Shown: in pieces, positions 17,963 to 29,421 of the stretch
Numbering within the stretch: the stretch's first letter is position 1
How the letters are laid out: every line of letters begins with the position of its first letter
Sequence record: PQ850617.1
From: Escherichia phage ManiMatter_Bas94
Direction: 5' to 3' (one strand)
Length of the DNA: 64,000 nucleotides
Made by a program: the position numbers and the translations under genes
Notes under the pieces: model-generated
What the model was told of the DNA's origin: nothing
The model's database searches: none
Seen by the model: only the letters and a program-made list of their open reading frames with translations

Positions 17963-20900
17963 ATGGCTAACATTAAACCGTGGGAAGAAGCTTCCAAAGC
18001 TCCTGCGTATCTGAATGCCTCTCCGGAGCAACAGGCTCAAATGAGAGAACAATATAAGGCAGCAGGTGGCTTTATTCCTGAGGAACAACCAGTAGCACAA
18101 CCACAACAAGAAGAACGTGGTGTTATAGGTGAGGTTGCTCAAGGTGTGTCAAATGCTCTTCAATCTGGTGGTGCAAACATTGCAGCTAGTGCTGCTAAAG
18201 GTATTGGTGGTTTAGTTGAGATTGGTGAAGATCTAATTGGAGCACAAACTAGTTATGGTAAGCGTATCCAAGAGAACTCTCAGAACCTTCTGAAAGAACG
18301 TATGGATAAGATTGAGGATGGGATTGGTAAAACTGCTGGTCAGTATGCTGGCGTTGTTGGTGATATTGGTTTGACAGTTACTAACCCGTTAGCTGCCGCT
18401 GCTATCATCGCAGGTCGTGAGACAGGTCGTGCATATGCAGACCAAACCCCTAAAGAGGGAGAAGACAAGTCTGTTCTGGATGCAGCCTTAGTTGGTGGTG
18501 CTAACTATGCAGCTCAGAGAATTCTTCCGGGTGCTGTTGGTACAGCTGAATCTACACTTGGTCGTATCGGTCAGAACGTTGTTACTAACGCAGTGGCTGG
18601 TGCTAAAGGCGGTGCTCTTGTAGGTGCTGCTGAAGCTCAGAACAAATATGGTGATGACACAACCTTTGCTAATGTCTTAGAAGGCGCTATTGAAGAAGGT
18701 GCTATTGGTGCTGCATTCGGTGGTGCAGTTGGTGGTGTTCATGGCTTAATTAGCCGTCCAGATTCTGCTGTCTTCAAGAATACTCCAGAATATGCAAAGA
18801 CTGACATTGCTGCTGACGATGAGCTGATTCGTAGTGCTAAGACTGTTGATGAACTGAAAGAAGCCTACTCTAAAGCTGAAACTGCTAACGCCGCTTCCGC
18901 TCTTAATCTTCTGGATGAGAATGGATTCCGTATTACTGATGCTGTTGCTTTAGATTCTCCTGCTGCTCAGCGTATTCTTAATACAGACCAAGCCAGTGCT
19001 GAGAAAGCTGCTTCTGCTCAGAAAGAGCATTCTAACATTCCGGGCCTCAATCCTTTGGCTCCTCCTGCTAAGACTCGTGGTAAAGCATTCGCTGATAACG
19101 AGCACAACCAGAAGAAAGCTGTCGCTATGAAAGATGCAATGGCTGACTACACCAAGGATAACACGAAAGTTCTTACAGATGTTCTAGATAACCTAGACCG
19201 TGAATTAACTGCTTACCGAGCTGCTGATGATTTTACTGGCAATCCACTTGATGTCAAGAATCGCACACAAGCTGACCGTGACTTCGTTGATGCTTATAAG
19301 ACTTTCTATAATGAAGCAAATCGATTCAAAGCTCGTGATGGTGAAGACTTTAACAACTTTGTAGAGAAAGCTACTGAGCTACGGAAGATGGCTGATAACG
19401 TTTCTCCAGAGATGAAGAAAGCTATTAGTGGGTTGAAGAAACTGAAAGGTATGCCTGAAGGTTTTAACCCTATTCAAGATGCTTATACTCTGAACAATGC
19501 AGCTAAGTTCATGAGCAACCAAGACCGTGGTTGGACTTCCCTGACCGATGATGGATTCCGTGAGGCTTCTTCTCCTAGTCTGGTTATGAACACACTCGGT
19601 GCTGCTAAGTATGCTCTGAATCGCTTCTCTTCTCAGCGTGCTCGCTCTCAACGTGTTAAGCAACAAGAAGCTAACAGCGAAGCTATCCGCTCTCTGGCTC
19701 GTGGTGATTTGGAAGTTGCTCGTGCTAAATCTACTGCTGATGAAGCTCGTGCTAAAATGGAAGAAGAACCAGTTGTTGATGACATTAAATTTAAGACGCA
19801 AAATGACGTGGAAACCGAACCGGTTCGGGAGCCTTCTTCTAGTACTGTGACGGAAGAAAATCTTCCTTCTTCCACTCCTCAAGAAGCCCCTCTTACAGCT
19901 CGCGATTTAGTTGCTCAAAGACGTGCAGTTAAACAGGCAGAACAGCGTCGCGCTCAAGAAGAGGCCGCACAGGCTCCAGAACCCACTGTAGAGGAACCAA
20001 CGGTTAAAGCTGAGCCATTACCTGCCCGTGCTCCTAAAGCTCCTAAGGAGTCTATACAGGACGTTAAACCGGCAAGTGGTGTAGAACGTTTAGCTGCCAT
20101 GTCTAGTGCTGCTCGTCAGGCTACTATAGATCGTGCAGAACGTTTTGCTCGTTCTCTGTACTCTCAGACTGCTAAGGCTAAGGCCACTGCTGAAAACTTC
20201 TTGGCTTACAAGGGAAGTTATAGGGAGTTGATGCGTCGGATTCGTCAGGAAGATAATGCTATCAACACTGAGCGTCATGAAGAGATGGCTCGTAATCAGC
20301 TAGCTTCTCAGCAAGGTATTGCTACTGCTAAGAACAACACTGTACGAACTAACTTTGCTGAATGGGTTAAGGAACGTGGTCTGCCAGAAGACATTGCTAC
20401 TAAGGCATTACGTGCTGAAGAGAAGGGTTTAGGTGGGAACGTGACTAACTTAGATAGTCTGAAACGTCGTGCTGAAAGGTTGTATCAGAAGCAGCGTGAG
20501 GACGAGTTTGATAGACTGTATCAACAGGCTCTGGAAGAGAATAAAGCTTTTGATAAGAAGAATGCTCCTAAACTGGCTGACCAGAAGAAAGAACTTCAAT
20601 CTGAGATTGATACTTTGATTGATTCAGAACCTTTACGTCCTGCTCAGAAAGATGCTATGCGTAAACTGATGAATGACTTTGTAGATGAGAAGTTTAAATC
20701 TTCAGAGAAGGCTGGTAGGGAAGAAGCTTTGGAAGTAGGTCAGATGAAGGATATTTGGGATGGGTTTATTAACACCTATAACAGAGAAGTGAATGCCTTC
20801 AACAAAGCTAACAAGAACTCTCAGTACGAAGCTTTTGCTAAACACATACAGGCTCGTGAAGAACGTCTTGCTACTCTGAAAAATAAAGCTCAGGCTCGTG

Positions 20901-22270
20901 CTCAAGCGAAAGCTACAGCAGAAGCTGAACGTCAGTTACTCGAAGCTATTGCAGCTCAGAAGAGTGAGATTGAGAAGATGTTTGATGAGTTACCTAAACC
21001 TGTCCGCGAGGCTCAGGAAAGCCGTACTCTGAAACAGCTTGCAGCTCACCATGATAAGAACTCCCCTGTTCCTCCAGAACGTTTCCGTAGTATTATCGAA
21101 CGTATCCACAACGCCGAGTCAGATTACCTTGATCGTCAGCGTCGTTTAACTGATGCAGAAGAAGATGCTCGTCAGGCTAAGTGGAACAAAATGTATGAGC
21201 AAGCGGAAGAGATGGACCGTAAGTTTGAGATAGACAAAAGGGTTAAGCGCAGTGAAGAGCTTAAAGCGGCTCAGAAGCGTGAGAATGACCTTATGGCGGT
21301 ACAACGTCAACGTGACGACATCCATCGTCGCCTGATGCATACTTTGGAGGATAGGGGCATATCTAAAGAGGATGCTGAAGCATTTGCTGGTTCCTACATG
21401 GATAACCGTTATGCACTTCTTGATAAGCCTATGACTCCTACTGAACATCAGAATGCTCGTTCTCGTATTGAGGCTGATGTTGAGAAGTTTGCTAAGAAGT
21501 ACGAATCAATGACTCCTATTGAGAAAGAGATTGTTAAGGTTACTGGAGATACTGAAGGTAAGCTTGATAACTTGGATTCGGATACTAGGAAGGCTATTGA
21601 AGAGGCTCGGAAGGTAGACTCTGATATTAAGAAACTGCAAGAGGAAGAGATGGAGATGGAGAAGATTCGTTCTGCTCTGCCTGATGATGAAAGATCTCAA
21701 GCAAATTCTGATATCTTGGAAAGCATTAAACAGCAGGAAGAAGCCTTTGCTGATAAAGCAGAGAAAGCTTTCTTGAATGGGAAGAGCTTGGATGAGTTGG
21801 CTAGTGTGGCTGAAGTTTTAGACAGGGTTCATGGTGCAGACAAGGCTGGTAACAACCGTCGCTTTGTACGTGCATTGCAGACTGCTGCTGAAAACAAGAA
21901 GAAGTATGGTGATAATCCGGTAGCTTGGTTTAGTGCTGATGATTATTCTGCTATTGCTAAACTTGGTGCTTCTTCCGCAGGTGGTAACAAATCTAGAGCA
22001 CTGGAGAAAATCTTTGGTTCTACAGCTGAACAAGCTAAGAGTAAGTTGCTTGGCAGGGATGATGTAGCGAAGATGAGACGTGTAATTGAAGAGAACCCTG
22101 ATATTAAGATTCCTTCTTACAAGACAACGAATCGTACTGAGTACTTGCAGTTCTTGGAGAAGTTTAATGACGAAGGGAAGCCGAAGATTAAACGTGGCTC
22201 ATTGTCAGAGAAGCTTGAACGCAGTAAGCGTCAATCGAGACTCCGTGTAAGAGTTCGATCTAAGGAGTGA
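17963..22270 (+). CDS. Large internal virion/ejection-type protein (1,435 aa)
   Basis: Gly/Ala-rich amphipathic N-terminus, long charged coiled-coil body; last gene of plus block. Confidence 0.5.
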   Translation: MANIKPWEEASKAPAYLNASPEQQAQMREQYKAAGGFIPEEQPVAQPQQEERGVIGEVAQGVSNALQSGGANIAASAAKGIGGLVEIGEDLIGAQTSYGKRIQENSQNLLKERMDKIEDGIGKTAGQYAGVVGDIGLTVTNPLAAAAIIAGRETGRAYADQTPKEGEDKSVLDAALVGGANYAAQRILPGAVGTAESTLGRIGQNVVTNAVAGAKGGALVGAAEAQNKYGDDTTFANVLEGAIEEGAIGAAFGGAVGGVHGLISRPDSAVFKNTPEYAKTDIAADDELIRSAKTVDELKEAYSKAETANAASALNLLDENGFRITDAVALDSPAAQRILNTDQASAEKAASAQKEHSNIPGLNPLAPPAKTRGKAFADNEHNQKKAVAMKDAMADYTKDNTKVLTDVLDNLDRELTAYRAADDFTGNPLDVKNRTQADRDFVDAYKTFYNEANRFKARDGEDFNNFVEKATELRKMADNVSPEMKKAISGLKKLKGMPEGFNPIQDAYTLNNAAKFMSNQDRGWTSLTDDGFREASSPSLVMNTLGAAKYALNRFSSQRARSQRVKQQEANSEAIRSLARGDLEVARAKSTADEARAKMEEEPVVDDIKFKTQNDVETEPVREPSSSTVTEENLPSSTPQEAPLTARDLVAQRRAVKQAEQRRAQEEAAQAPEPTVEEPTVKAEPLPARAPKAPKESIQDVKPASGVERLAAMSSAARQATIDRAERFARSLYSQTAKAKATAENFLAYKGSYRELMRRIRQEDNAINTERHEEMARNQLASQQGIATAKNNTVRTNFAEWVKERGLPEDIATKALRAEEKGLGGNVTNLDSLKRRAERLYQKQREDEFDRLYQQALEENKAFDKKNAPKLADQKKELQSEIDTLIDSEPLRPAQKDAMRKLMNDFVDEKFKSSEKAGREEALEVGQMKDIWDGFINTYNREVNAFNKANKNSQYEAFAKHIQAREERLATLKNKAQARAQAKATAEAERQLLEAIAAQKSEIEKMFDELPKPVREAQESRTLKQLAAHHDKNSPVPPERFRSIIERIHNAESDYLDRQRRLTDAEEDARQAKWNKMYEQAEEMDRKFEIDKRVKRSEELKAAQKRENDLMAVQRQRDDIHRRLMHTLEDRGISKEDAEAFAGSYMDNRYALLDKPMTPTEHQNARSRIEADVEKFAKKYESMTPIEKEIVKVTGDTEGKLDNLDSDTRKAIEEARKVDSDIKKLQEEEMEMEKIRSALPDDERSQANSDILESIKQQEEAFADKAEKAFLNGKSLDELASVAEVLDRVHGADKAGNNRRFVRALQTAAENKKKYGDNPVAWFSADDYSAIAKLGASSAGGNKSRALEKIFGSTAEQAKSKLLGRDDVAKMRRVIEENPDIKIPSYKTTNRTEYLQFLEKFNDEGKPKIKRGSLSEKLERSKRQSRLRVRVRSKE

Positions 22271-22279
22271 TAAAAGAAA

Positions 22280-22322
22280 AGCCCTCAAGGAGAAAACCTC
22301 TTTGAGGGCTTTATTTGTTTTT
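22280..22322. terminator. Bidirectional rho-independent terminator at convergence point
   Basis: 9-bp stem AGCCCTCAA/TTGAGGGCT flanked by A-tract upstream and T-tract downstream. Confidence 0.65.
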
Positions 22323-22482
22323 AGAGGTTATTGATGAAATTAATCAGACGTTCTTCACTATCATCAAAAGCTTTTCCAGCTGCTTCCATGTCCCAAGTAT
22401 TGGCATTGTCAATAAAGCTCTGAGCTTCTAATAGATCGTGGATTAAGTCGAAGAGTTTATTTTTATCTGATTGTGTGATCAT
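22321..22482 (-). CDS. Small acidic hypothetical protein (53 aa)
   Basis: ORF below track threshold: MITQSDKNKLFDLIHDLLEAQSF...; last minus-strand gene. Confidence 0.3.
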   Translation of the reverse strand: MITQSDKNKLFDLIHDLLEAQSFIDNANTWDMEAAGKAFDDSEERLINFINNL

Positions 22483-22490
22483 GTAAGTTC

Positions 22491-22718
22491 CTAGATTAAA
22501 TCGTAATATTGAATAATGTCAGAGAGTTTGAACTCTCGAATCTCGTCTTTCTCTACATCTATCGCTGTCATAATCCAACAAGGTTTGCCACAGTTATGAA
22601 AACGGGAGCTAGCAACGGAGGTTCGGAGTGGAATAACGGACCGGTCAGCAACCTCGCCTCTCCAATTGCGATAGCGAAAGCGAAGCACTTGTTGCGTAGA
22701 TTTTTGATCATCACTCAT
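22491..22718 (-). CDS. Hypothetical protein
   Basis: Track ORF 22491-22859 probably starts at internal Met (MSDDQK...) to avoid overlap with HNH gene. Confidence 0.3.
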   Translation of the reverse strand: MSDDQKSTQQVLRFRYRNWRGEVADRSVIPLRTSVASSRFHNCGKPCWIMTAIDVEKDEIREFKLSDIIQYYDLI

Positions 22719-23112
22719 TTCCTTTTTTGAATTGTTTTCTTGCATCATTCTCTTCTTTTGTTTTAATCTTATGACAAGGATCTTTACACAGAACCTGAAA
22801 ACCTTCTTTCTCACACAGAGCACGAGAGATGATTTCATCCCAAGTAGCTTCATGGTCAAGAGGTACTATAGGCTCTATGTGGTCAATAGCCATATCTTTT
22901 ACAGGGTGGTCAGAACCACACATGGCACACTTAAAGTGCATTGCCAGTCTACCTGTCTTTGGATTAATCTTCTGTTCTGTCTTGGCTTCTGCTAGTGCAT
23001 CGAACATGGGCTTCCACTTTCTAGTCAGAGAACGAATCCCTGACTTGATGAAAGAGTTGTAACGAGCTTCAGTCCAAGTTCCACTACATCGTGTCTTCTC
23101 AGACTTCGCCAT
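22711..23112 (-). CDS. HNH endonuclease
   Basis: CAMCGSDHPVKDMAIDHIEPIVPLDHEATWDEIISRALCEKEGFQVLCKDPCH HNH/zinc motif. Confidence 0.65.
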   Translation of the reverse strand: MAKSEKTRCSGTWTEARYNSFIKSGIRSLTRKWKPMFDALAEAKTEQKINPKTGRLAMHFKCAMCGSDHPVKDMAIDHIEPIVPLDHEATWDEIISRALCEKEGFQVLCKDPCHKIKTKEENDARKQFKKGNE

Positions 23113-23278
23113 AATCAGCTTCTTCCCAAACTCGTTTGTTTACACGATGACTCACTTTGCCCTCACGAGGAATACGACCTGTCCGCTGATCAAACAGTTG
23201 ATGTTTAATCTTTTGATCTTTACGAGATTCACGATTGGAAGAGTTTTCATCATATGAACGATAATCAAATTTACCCAT
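23099..23278 (-). CDS. Hypothetical protein (59 aa from MGKFDY...)
   Basis: SD AAGGA 9 nt upstream of internal ATG. Confidence 0.3.
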   Translation of the reverse strand: MGKFDYRSYDENSSNRESRKDQKIKHQLFDQRTGRIPREGKVSHRVNKRVWEEADYGEV

Positions 23279-23291
23279 TATAATATCCTTA

Positions 23292-24110
23292 TCACCAAAT
23301 TTTTTCGAGCCACGACCAATCAAATAGGTCTTCCGGAGCCTGACCAACAAAGAGCAGCCGAGCATTCTCAAGCATTTTCTCTTCATCTTCAGTATCGAAC
23401 TTCTTATAATATTCCATTCGTACTATATGATACATGGTCCACTTATCTGTAACCCCAGCCAACAACTTAGCTGCTGCTTTCTTCCCTATTCCTTGACGTC
23501 GAAGCTGGAGCTTACCGCCCCACATCACTTCTTTACGTTCACCACATCCGGGAATATTATCTGTTCCATCTCCAATCAGCATCTGATAGAAGAAATTTTG
23601 CCATGAAACTAAATCAGATACGTAGTGAGGAGGAACCTCTTTTTGTCTTTCTCCACAAGCCCAACGGTAATGCCATCCGGGAGTTATTAACAAATCTTTG
23701 TCTCTAGTACAGATGATAGTGTTCTTATCTCTACGTTGCCTTTCAGCTAGTGCATCATCAGCCTCTCTCCCAAATACATCTATGTATTCATACTTACCTT
23801 TAATATAATCACCGACATTTTGCCAGTGAAAAGGTCTTTCTCCGGGAGGTCTGTTTGCTTTGTAGTCTTGCTGCTTAGCAACATCGAAACGGAAGTTACC
23901 GCCTTCGCTGAAGTAGAACACAACCTTGCTGCAACCTGAGCGAGCAATGATAGTATCTATCTTGTACTGAAGTCGTTCAATCATGAAATTATAATCAACT
24001 GGAACACGTCCTGTGTCAAGAAAGGGATGCTCCTGAGTAAGAGCACCCACTTCATATCGAAGAACGTCAGCATCCACTATAGCTACTTCAGGGAGCTTAA
24101 CGTCTTCCAT
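23292..24110 (-). CDS. 5'-3' exonuclease (T7 gene 6-like / FEN family)
   Basis: DYKANR and GDGTDNIPG motifs typical of 5' nucleases. Confidence 0.65.
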   Translation of the reverse strand: MEDVKLPEVAIVDADVLRYEVGALTQEHPFLDTGRVPVDYNFMIERLQYKIDTIIARSGCSKVVFYFSEGGNFRFDVAKQQDYKANRPPGERPFHWQNVGDYIKGKYEYIDVFGREADDALAERQRRDKNTIICTRDKDLLITPGWHYRWACGERQKEVPPHYVSDLVSWQNFFYQMLIGDGTDNIPGCGERKEVMWGGKLQLRRQGIGKKAAAKLLAGVTDKWTMYHIVRMEYYKKFDTEDEEKMLENARLLFVGQAPEDLFDWSWLEKIW

Positions 24111-24111
24111 A

Positions 24112-25282
<1,171 letters not shown>

Positions 25283-25528
25283 AATGCATCTCTTTATAAA
25301 TAGTTTCCGTGTTCTTCTTCCAGTTAGATAAACCGGTAAGAACTCTCTGAGCAACTTCATCAGCTGCCTTGCTTCTTTCAATCTCTAACTCTTGTTGATG
25401 CTTTTCTTTATCCAGATTGTTACTATCTGTTCTGTACTCATTAAACTTCATTCCGCCAAAGAACACCAGAGCAGAGAAGATAACAAATCCTAGATTATCA
25501 CTTAAAGTGCTTTGCATATTGACCCCAA

Positions 25529-25553
25529 CGAAAAAAGCCACCCGAAGGTGGCT
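25529..25553 (-). terminator. Rho-independent terminator (minus strand)
   Basis: Perfect hairpin AGCCACC-CGAA-GGTGGCT followed on minus strand by TTTTTT. Confidence 0.6.
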
Positions 25554-25574
25554 AAGCTATAACAAGGAGAGTTA

Positions 25575-26321
25575 TTAGAATGGGCTGTCGTTGTCGTCTT
25601 CGTAGGTAGAAGCAGGCTCTTTATCAATCGTAGGGATTGAAGGAGTAGCTTCTTTCTGTTCTGTTTCAGAAGCACGAGTAATTTCACGACCAGCCAGAGG
25701 TATGTTCTTAGCGTCATTAGCTTGAGTAAGCAGGTTGCGCTGGAACGGGAACATCAGTTGATAAGATGCTACGTTCTCATCGGTTTCAGCATACGGTTCG
25801 AAGAATACCAGAGGACTACGAGCTTCACCAACTGCTGCACGATATTTGGTTGGGATTGGAGAAATGGTTTTGATGGAGTTTTTAACTTCACCAGCTTTGT
25901 TAGTGTAGGAGTTAACCAGAATGTTAACAGGCTGACCTAACAGCACATCCTTAAACCAAGACAGATCACCTTTCAGTGCTTGAATGCTTGGGTCAATCAT
26001 CTTGCAAAGATCAAGGATACCAGAGTTCTTAGCTCGTGGGTTTACATCATAACTCTTGAACTGGCAAGCAGGACGTGGTTCTAATGCCTTACCATCGGAA
26101 TCTTTACCCGTAGCATCAACACCAATCAGCTCGAAAGCCAAATCCATACGGAAAGCTGGATTCTTAGGAGTTACTGCTTTGGTCTTCGGGTCAATCCAAG
26201 GGTCACGATTGTGAACACCCAAACCTACTACACGAACAATACGTGCTTCGTATTCACCATCAGGGATTACATCGTAGTTGGATTTACGAGAAGAAGTTGC
26301 GATAGTTGGAATCATAGACAT
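25575..26321 (-). CDS. ssb: Single-stranded DNA-binding protein
   Basis: Acidic C-terminal tail ...YEDDNDSPF ending in Phe as in SSB proteins; sits in replication block. Confidence 0.55.
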   Translation of the reverse strand: MSMIPTIATSSRKSNYDVIPDGEYEARIVRVVGLGVHNRDPWIDPKTKAVTPKNPAFRMDLAFELIGVDATGKDSDGKALEPRPACQFKSYDVNPRAKNSGILDLCKMIDPSIQALKGDLSWFKDVLLGQPVNILVNSYTNKAGEVKNSIKTISPIPTKYRAAVGEARSPLVFFEPYAETDENVASYQLMFPFQRNLLTQANDAKNIPLAGREITRASETEQKEATPSIPTIDKEPASTYEDDNDSPF

Positions 26322-26380
26322 ATTTTAATTTCCTTATTTAATTTGAAAGATTGTTGCTCTCTTTGAGCGGTTATGTATAA

Positions 26381-26389
26381 TATACATTA
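26381..26389 (-). promoter_or_regulatory. TAATGTATA promoter-like element (part of a near-palindrome)
   Basis: Minus-orientation TAATGTATA ~60 nt upstream of SSB start; plus-strand TTATGTATA abuts at 26371-26379. Confidence 0.4.
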
Positions 26390-26452
26390 CGCTTATACCG
26401 ATAAGAGTACTATATAATATAAGTGTCTTTGGTAGTAGATATAACACACTAG

Positions 26453-26461
26453 TAATGTATA
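26453..26461 (+). promoter_or_regulatory. TAATGTATA element, plus orientation, in 400-bp intergenic region
   Basis: Exact 9-mer; no obvious plus-strand gene downstream. Confidence 0.3.
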
Positions 26462-26742
26462 TATTGTATAGCTGATAAAGTTATTGCAGGCTTGTATATT
26501 GGGCAATTCATAGAATCCCTTGCAAGTACCGAAGGGCAGGAGCCACCTGCGAGATAAAAATAGAGAATTAAGGAATCCTTGATTTAGGTTGTAGGGACTC
26601 CTAGGGACTTTGATTCTCTATTTAAAAGAATAAATAATTACTATATCTAATACTAAACAGACTGAAACAAAGATAAGAAACTTCTTATAAATACTCATTA
26701 CTTATCATCTAAATAGTTAACTAATCTCTGATATAAAGAAGT

Positions 26743-26931
26743 TTAAATCAAGCATCCATCACAAACATAGTCTCCACTAAGAGACTCTTGTAACAAACGA
26801 TTTTGTTCCTCTGAATATAGAGAATTTACTAATTCTTTTAACTCTGAAAGAGTGATGAAATCAATAGTATTTCCATTATCTAAAATAGAAGAGTTAAGTA
26901 AATATTCATTGTCTTTAATTTTATTAATCAT
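26743..26931 (-). CDS. Hypothetical protein
   Basis: 62-aa ORF. Confidence 0.35.
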   Translation of the reverse strand: MINKIKDNEYLLNSSILDNGNTIDFITLSELKELVNSLYSEEQNRLLQESLSGDYVCDGCLI

Positions 26932-27228
26932 TCTTCATTTCCTTTTACTTCAGCGTAGACTTTGATAATGCCCTTAAGAACTTCCTTAGAAGCAATAGCA
27001 CTTTCTTCAGAGGTGTGAATAGTAGAAAACTCTTTCTTTCCAATCTTGTAAGTGTGAACCCAAATCATACTTATTCCTCGTATTCCCAATTTCTTTCATA
27101 ATATCCAGAGTTATAATTTAGAGCGCATCTCTCAGCCTCTTCTATGTCATCAGTGTTTAGGATATTTACCCACCCACCAACTTCATCAAAACCTTCTTCC
27201 TCTTCGTTAAACCATACACTATACTTTT

Positions 27229-27621
27229 TCATCGAATCACCAAAGGCTCTTCAGAGTACACAGGAGCGGCTATTTCTACAGGAGGTGCTGCCCTAAGGTC
27301 ATTAAGTCTTACACCCTTCAGCATCCCATCTAGGTGGTCCTTTTTGGGTATTCCAACAGGGAAGTCGTCAATCCAGATATCTACAAAGAAACCTAACTGG
27401 CGACATACGTCATCTTTCTGAACACCATTGCAAAAGATGATAGGAATCTGCAAACGCTCTGCATCAATCTTAATGTCGTGATTATCATACCCATTAGGCT
27501 CTGCAAAGCGGTAAGTTACAAAACGTACATCATAACCTTTGGCTTGCATTAATGCCACCACAGATCGCCACAGCTCTTTATCTGAGGTGTAAGTATCATC
27601 GTAATCTAAACCAATATTCAT
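27229..27621 (-). CDS. HAD-like phosphatase candidate
   Basis: N-terminal MNIGLDYDDT contains DxDxT motif. Confidence 0.4.
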   Translation of the reverse strand: MNIGLDYDDTYTSDKELWRSVVALMQAKGYDVRFVTYRFAEPNGYDNHDIKIDAERLQIPIIFCNGVQKDDVCRQLGFFVDIWIDDFPVGIPKKDHLDGMLKGVRLNDLRAAPPVEIAAPVYSEEPLVIR

Positions 27622-27668
27622 GTTGAATCCTTTTAGACAAGAAAAGCCGCCCTAAGGCAGCTTCTTAT

Positions 27669-27845
27669 TTAACTATTCACTTTAGCTTCAAGTGTTTCAT
27701 TTTCAATACTCAAGTCAATCACTACGCCAGTAAGCTCAACGACTGCTTGGCGAAGGGCGTCTTTACCCATAGAATGTACTTGAGATAAGAAGAAAGCTTT
27801 ACCTTCTTCCGTGGATAGGGTTTCTTTTAATTCAGAAGCAGTCAT
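27669..27845 (-). CDS. Small hypothetical protein (58 aa)
   Basis: ORF below track threshold, MTASELKETLSTEEGK... Confidence 0.3.
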   Translation of the reverse strand: MTASELKETLSTEEGKAFFLSQVHSMGKDALRQAVVELTGVVIDLSIENETLEAKVNS

Positions 27846-27859
27846 TGATATTCCTTATT

Positions 27860-28051
27860 TTACATTGTATAAATTCGCATGATTGTACCACCATCAGCTT
27901 CAATAGCAGAAACAACTTCATCTCGTTCTTCATCCGTGTACACTAGTACGCTTTTAAACGAGCCAGTCACATCTGTGTACAAAATGTTGTACTTGGGAGG
28001 TGGTTTACGGTAAATACCTTCCATCATTCTTTCTCCTCTCGTTCTTTCCAC
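27860..28051 (-). CDS. Hypothetical protein
   Basis: 63-aa ORF. Confidence 0.35.
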   Translation of the reverse strand: MERTRGERMMEGIYRKPPPKYNILYTDVTGSFKSVLVYTDEERDEVVSAIEADGGTIMRIYTM

Positions 28052-28221
28052 AGTTCAGCAAGCTCTAGGTAGAACTCAGCTTCATCAGGACGTCCTTGTT
28101 CATTACAGATGGCGCTTTGACGATAACACCAATCTGATGGCATCTCTTCCACTTCAATCTCCTTATTATGAACTAATCAATAAGACTAGTTCATTTGTAT
28201 TTCAATCTTTCAGTTCTGAAT

Positions 28222-28715
28222 TTAGTGTGTATGCATCCAGTTTAACCCAATCTGACAATCAGAAGCCAGAGGACACTCCATGTTCAAGTACTCACCAGCC
28301 TTCTTAACACAAAGCTCGGTGTACTCTTTGAGTTTCTGTACATCATTACGGTTCACTGAGAACTGGCCCTCATCGTGCATATCAATTACCTTAGCACAAC
28401 GAACTCCATCTTTCTCAATCCACTTGTTAAGGAACATCATAGCATATTTCATAACAACAGCACCAGCACATTGCAGGAGTGTGTTAAGGGCTTTATGAAC
28501 CATAACCTTACCAGTGGCATCCCGTCTCATTGTAATCTTACGACCATCAACGCCAATCAAATACCCTTGAGCAGCTTTCTCTGTCATACGATCAATGAGG
28601 ATTGCAATACATGGGTTCTCTGCCAAGAAGCGTGCTCGCATCACTGAACCTTCGTCAGCTCCACCACCTACGATTGAACCAAGCTTAGCATCACCAGCAC
28701 CATAGTTAAACGCAT
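28222..28715 (-). CDS. DNA polymerase (family A, T7 gp5-like), exon 2
   Basis: Frame open upstream of track ORF to 28716; encodes ...FNYGAGDAKLGSIVGGG...VHKALNTLLQ...VIDMHDEGQF (motif C HDE) ...GLNWMHTH. Confidence 0.75.
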
Positions 28716-29421
28716 CTCATATATTCGACAAGAGCCGCAACACTCTCGCCCGTTCTCTTATGAACTGCTACATGTCGCCATGTAGGATAGACTATATCAT
28801 CACCCTCTGTCGAGGGGTTGGGCGCTTCCACCGGCATTAGCTTCCGGTGTACTCCTTTCGGATAGTCGTTGCACCTTCAAGTATTCTATAGCTGTTTCTA
28901 ATCGGCTAACATCATCTTTCAATAGCCCTAAAGCTCTGTTGCAGTTGTGACACAACAGACCGCGTATTACTCCGGATTCATGGCAATGATCAACCACAAG
29001 TTTAATTCTGTGATGTGTTGCCATTGCAAACCCTTCGCCCTTACAGATAGCACACTTCCCATCCTGATCAGCGTACATCTTTTCGTAATCGCTGGCTGTG
29101 ATTCCATAAATTCGTTTGAAGTAGGAATTTCTCCAGCCCCTATCTTTGCATTCATCAGAGCAATAATGTTCAGATGGTGCATTTGGTTGAAAATCTTTTG
29201 AGCAATTACGACAAGGTTTTGGATTGAACCGACCTTGAGGGTATTTACTTGCCTCAGCAGTCTGTTCTTCTTTAGTTTTAGTTACAGTTGTATATTCCAT
29301 AAGCACCTCCATGTTGAGTTGCTATAGAATACTTGCTTGGCTCAGGATTGTCTACTAGAGAGTTTCCCTGAGTTCACCCAATTTAATCGACGAGATTACT
29401 CTCGAAGTATCCATTTACGTC
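28716..29421 (-). mobile_element. Group-I-like intron in DNA polymerase motif B, carrying a homing endonuclease ORF
   Basis: 706-nt interruption; upstream exon ends in U, intron ends in G; joining restores TFI-Y-AFNYGAGD in frame. Confidence 0.6.
28800..29312 (-). CDS. HNH homing endonuclease, endonuclease VII-like
   Basis: KCAICKGEGF...VVDHCHESGVIRGLLCHNCNRALG signature. Confidence 0.75.
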   Translation of the reverse strand: MEVLMEYTTVTKTKEEQTAEASKYPQGRFNPKPCRNCSKDFQPNAPSEHYCSDECKDRGWRNSYFKRIYGITASDYEKMYADQDGKCAICKGEGFAMATHHRIKLVVDHCHESGVIRGLLCHNCNRALGLLKDDVSRLETAIEYLKVQRLSERSTPEANAGGSAQPLDRG

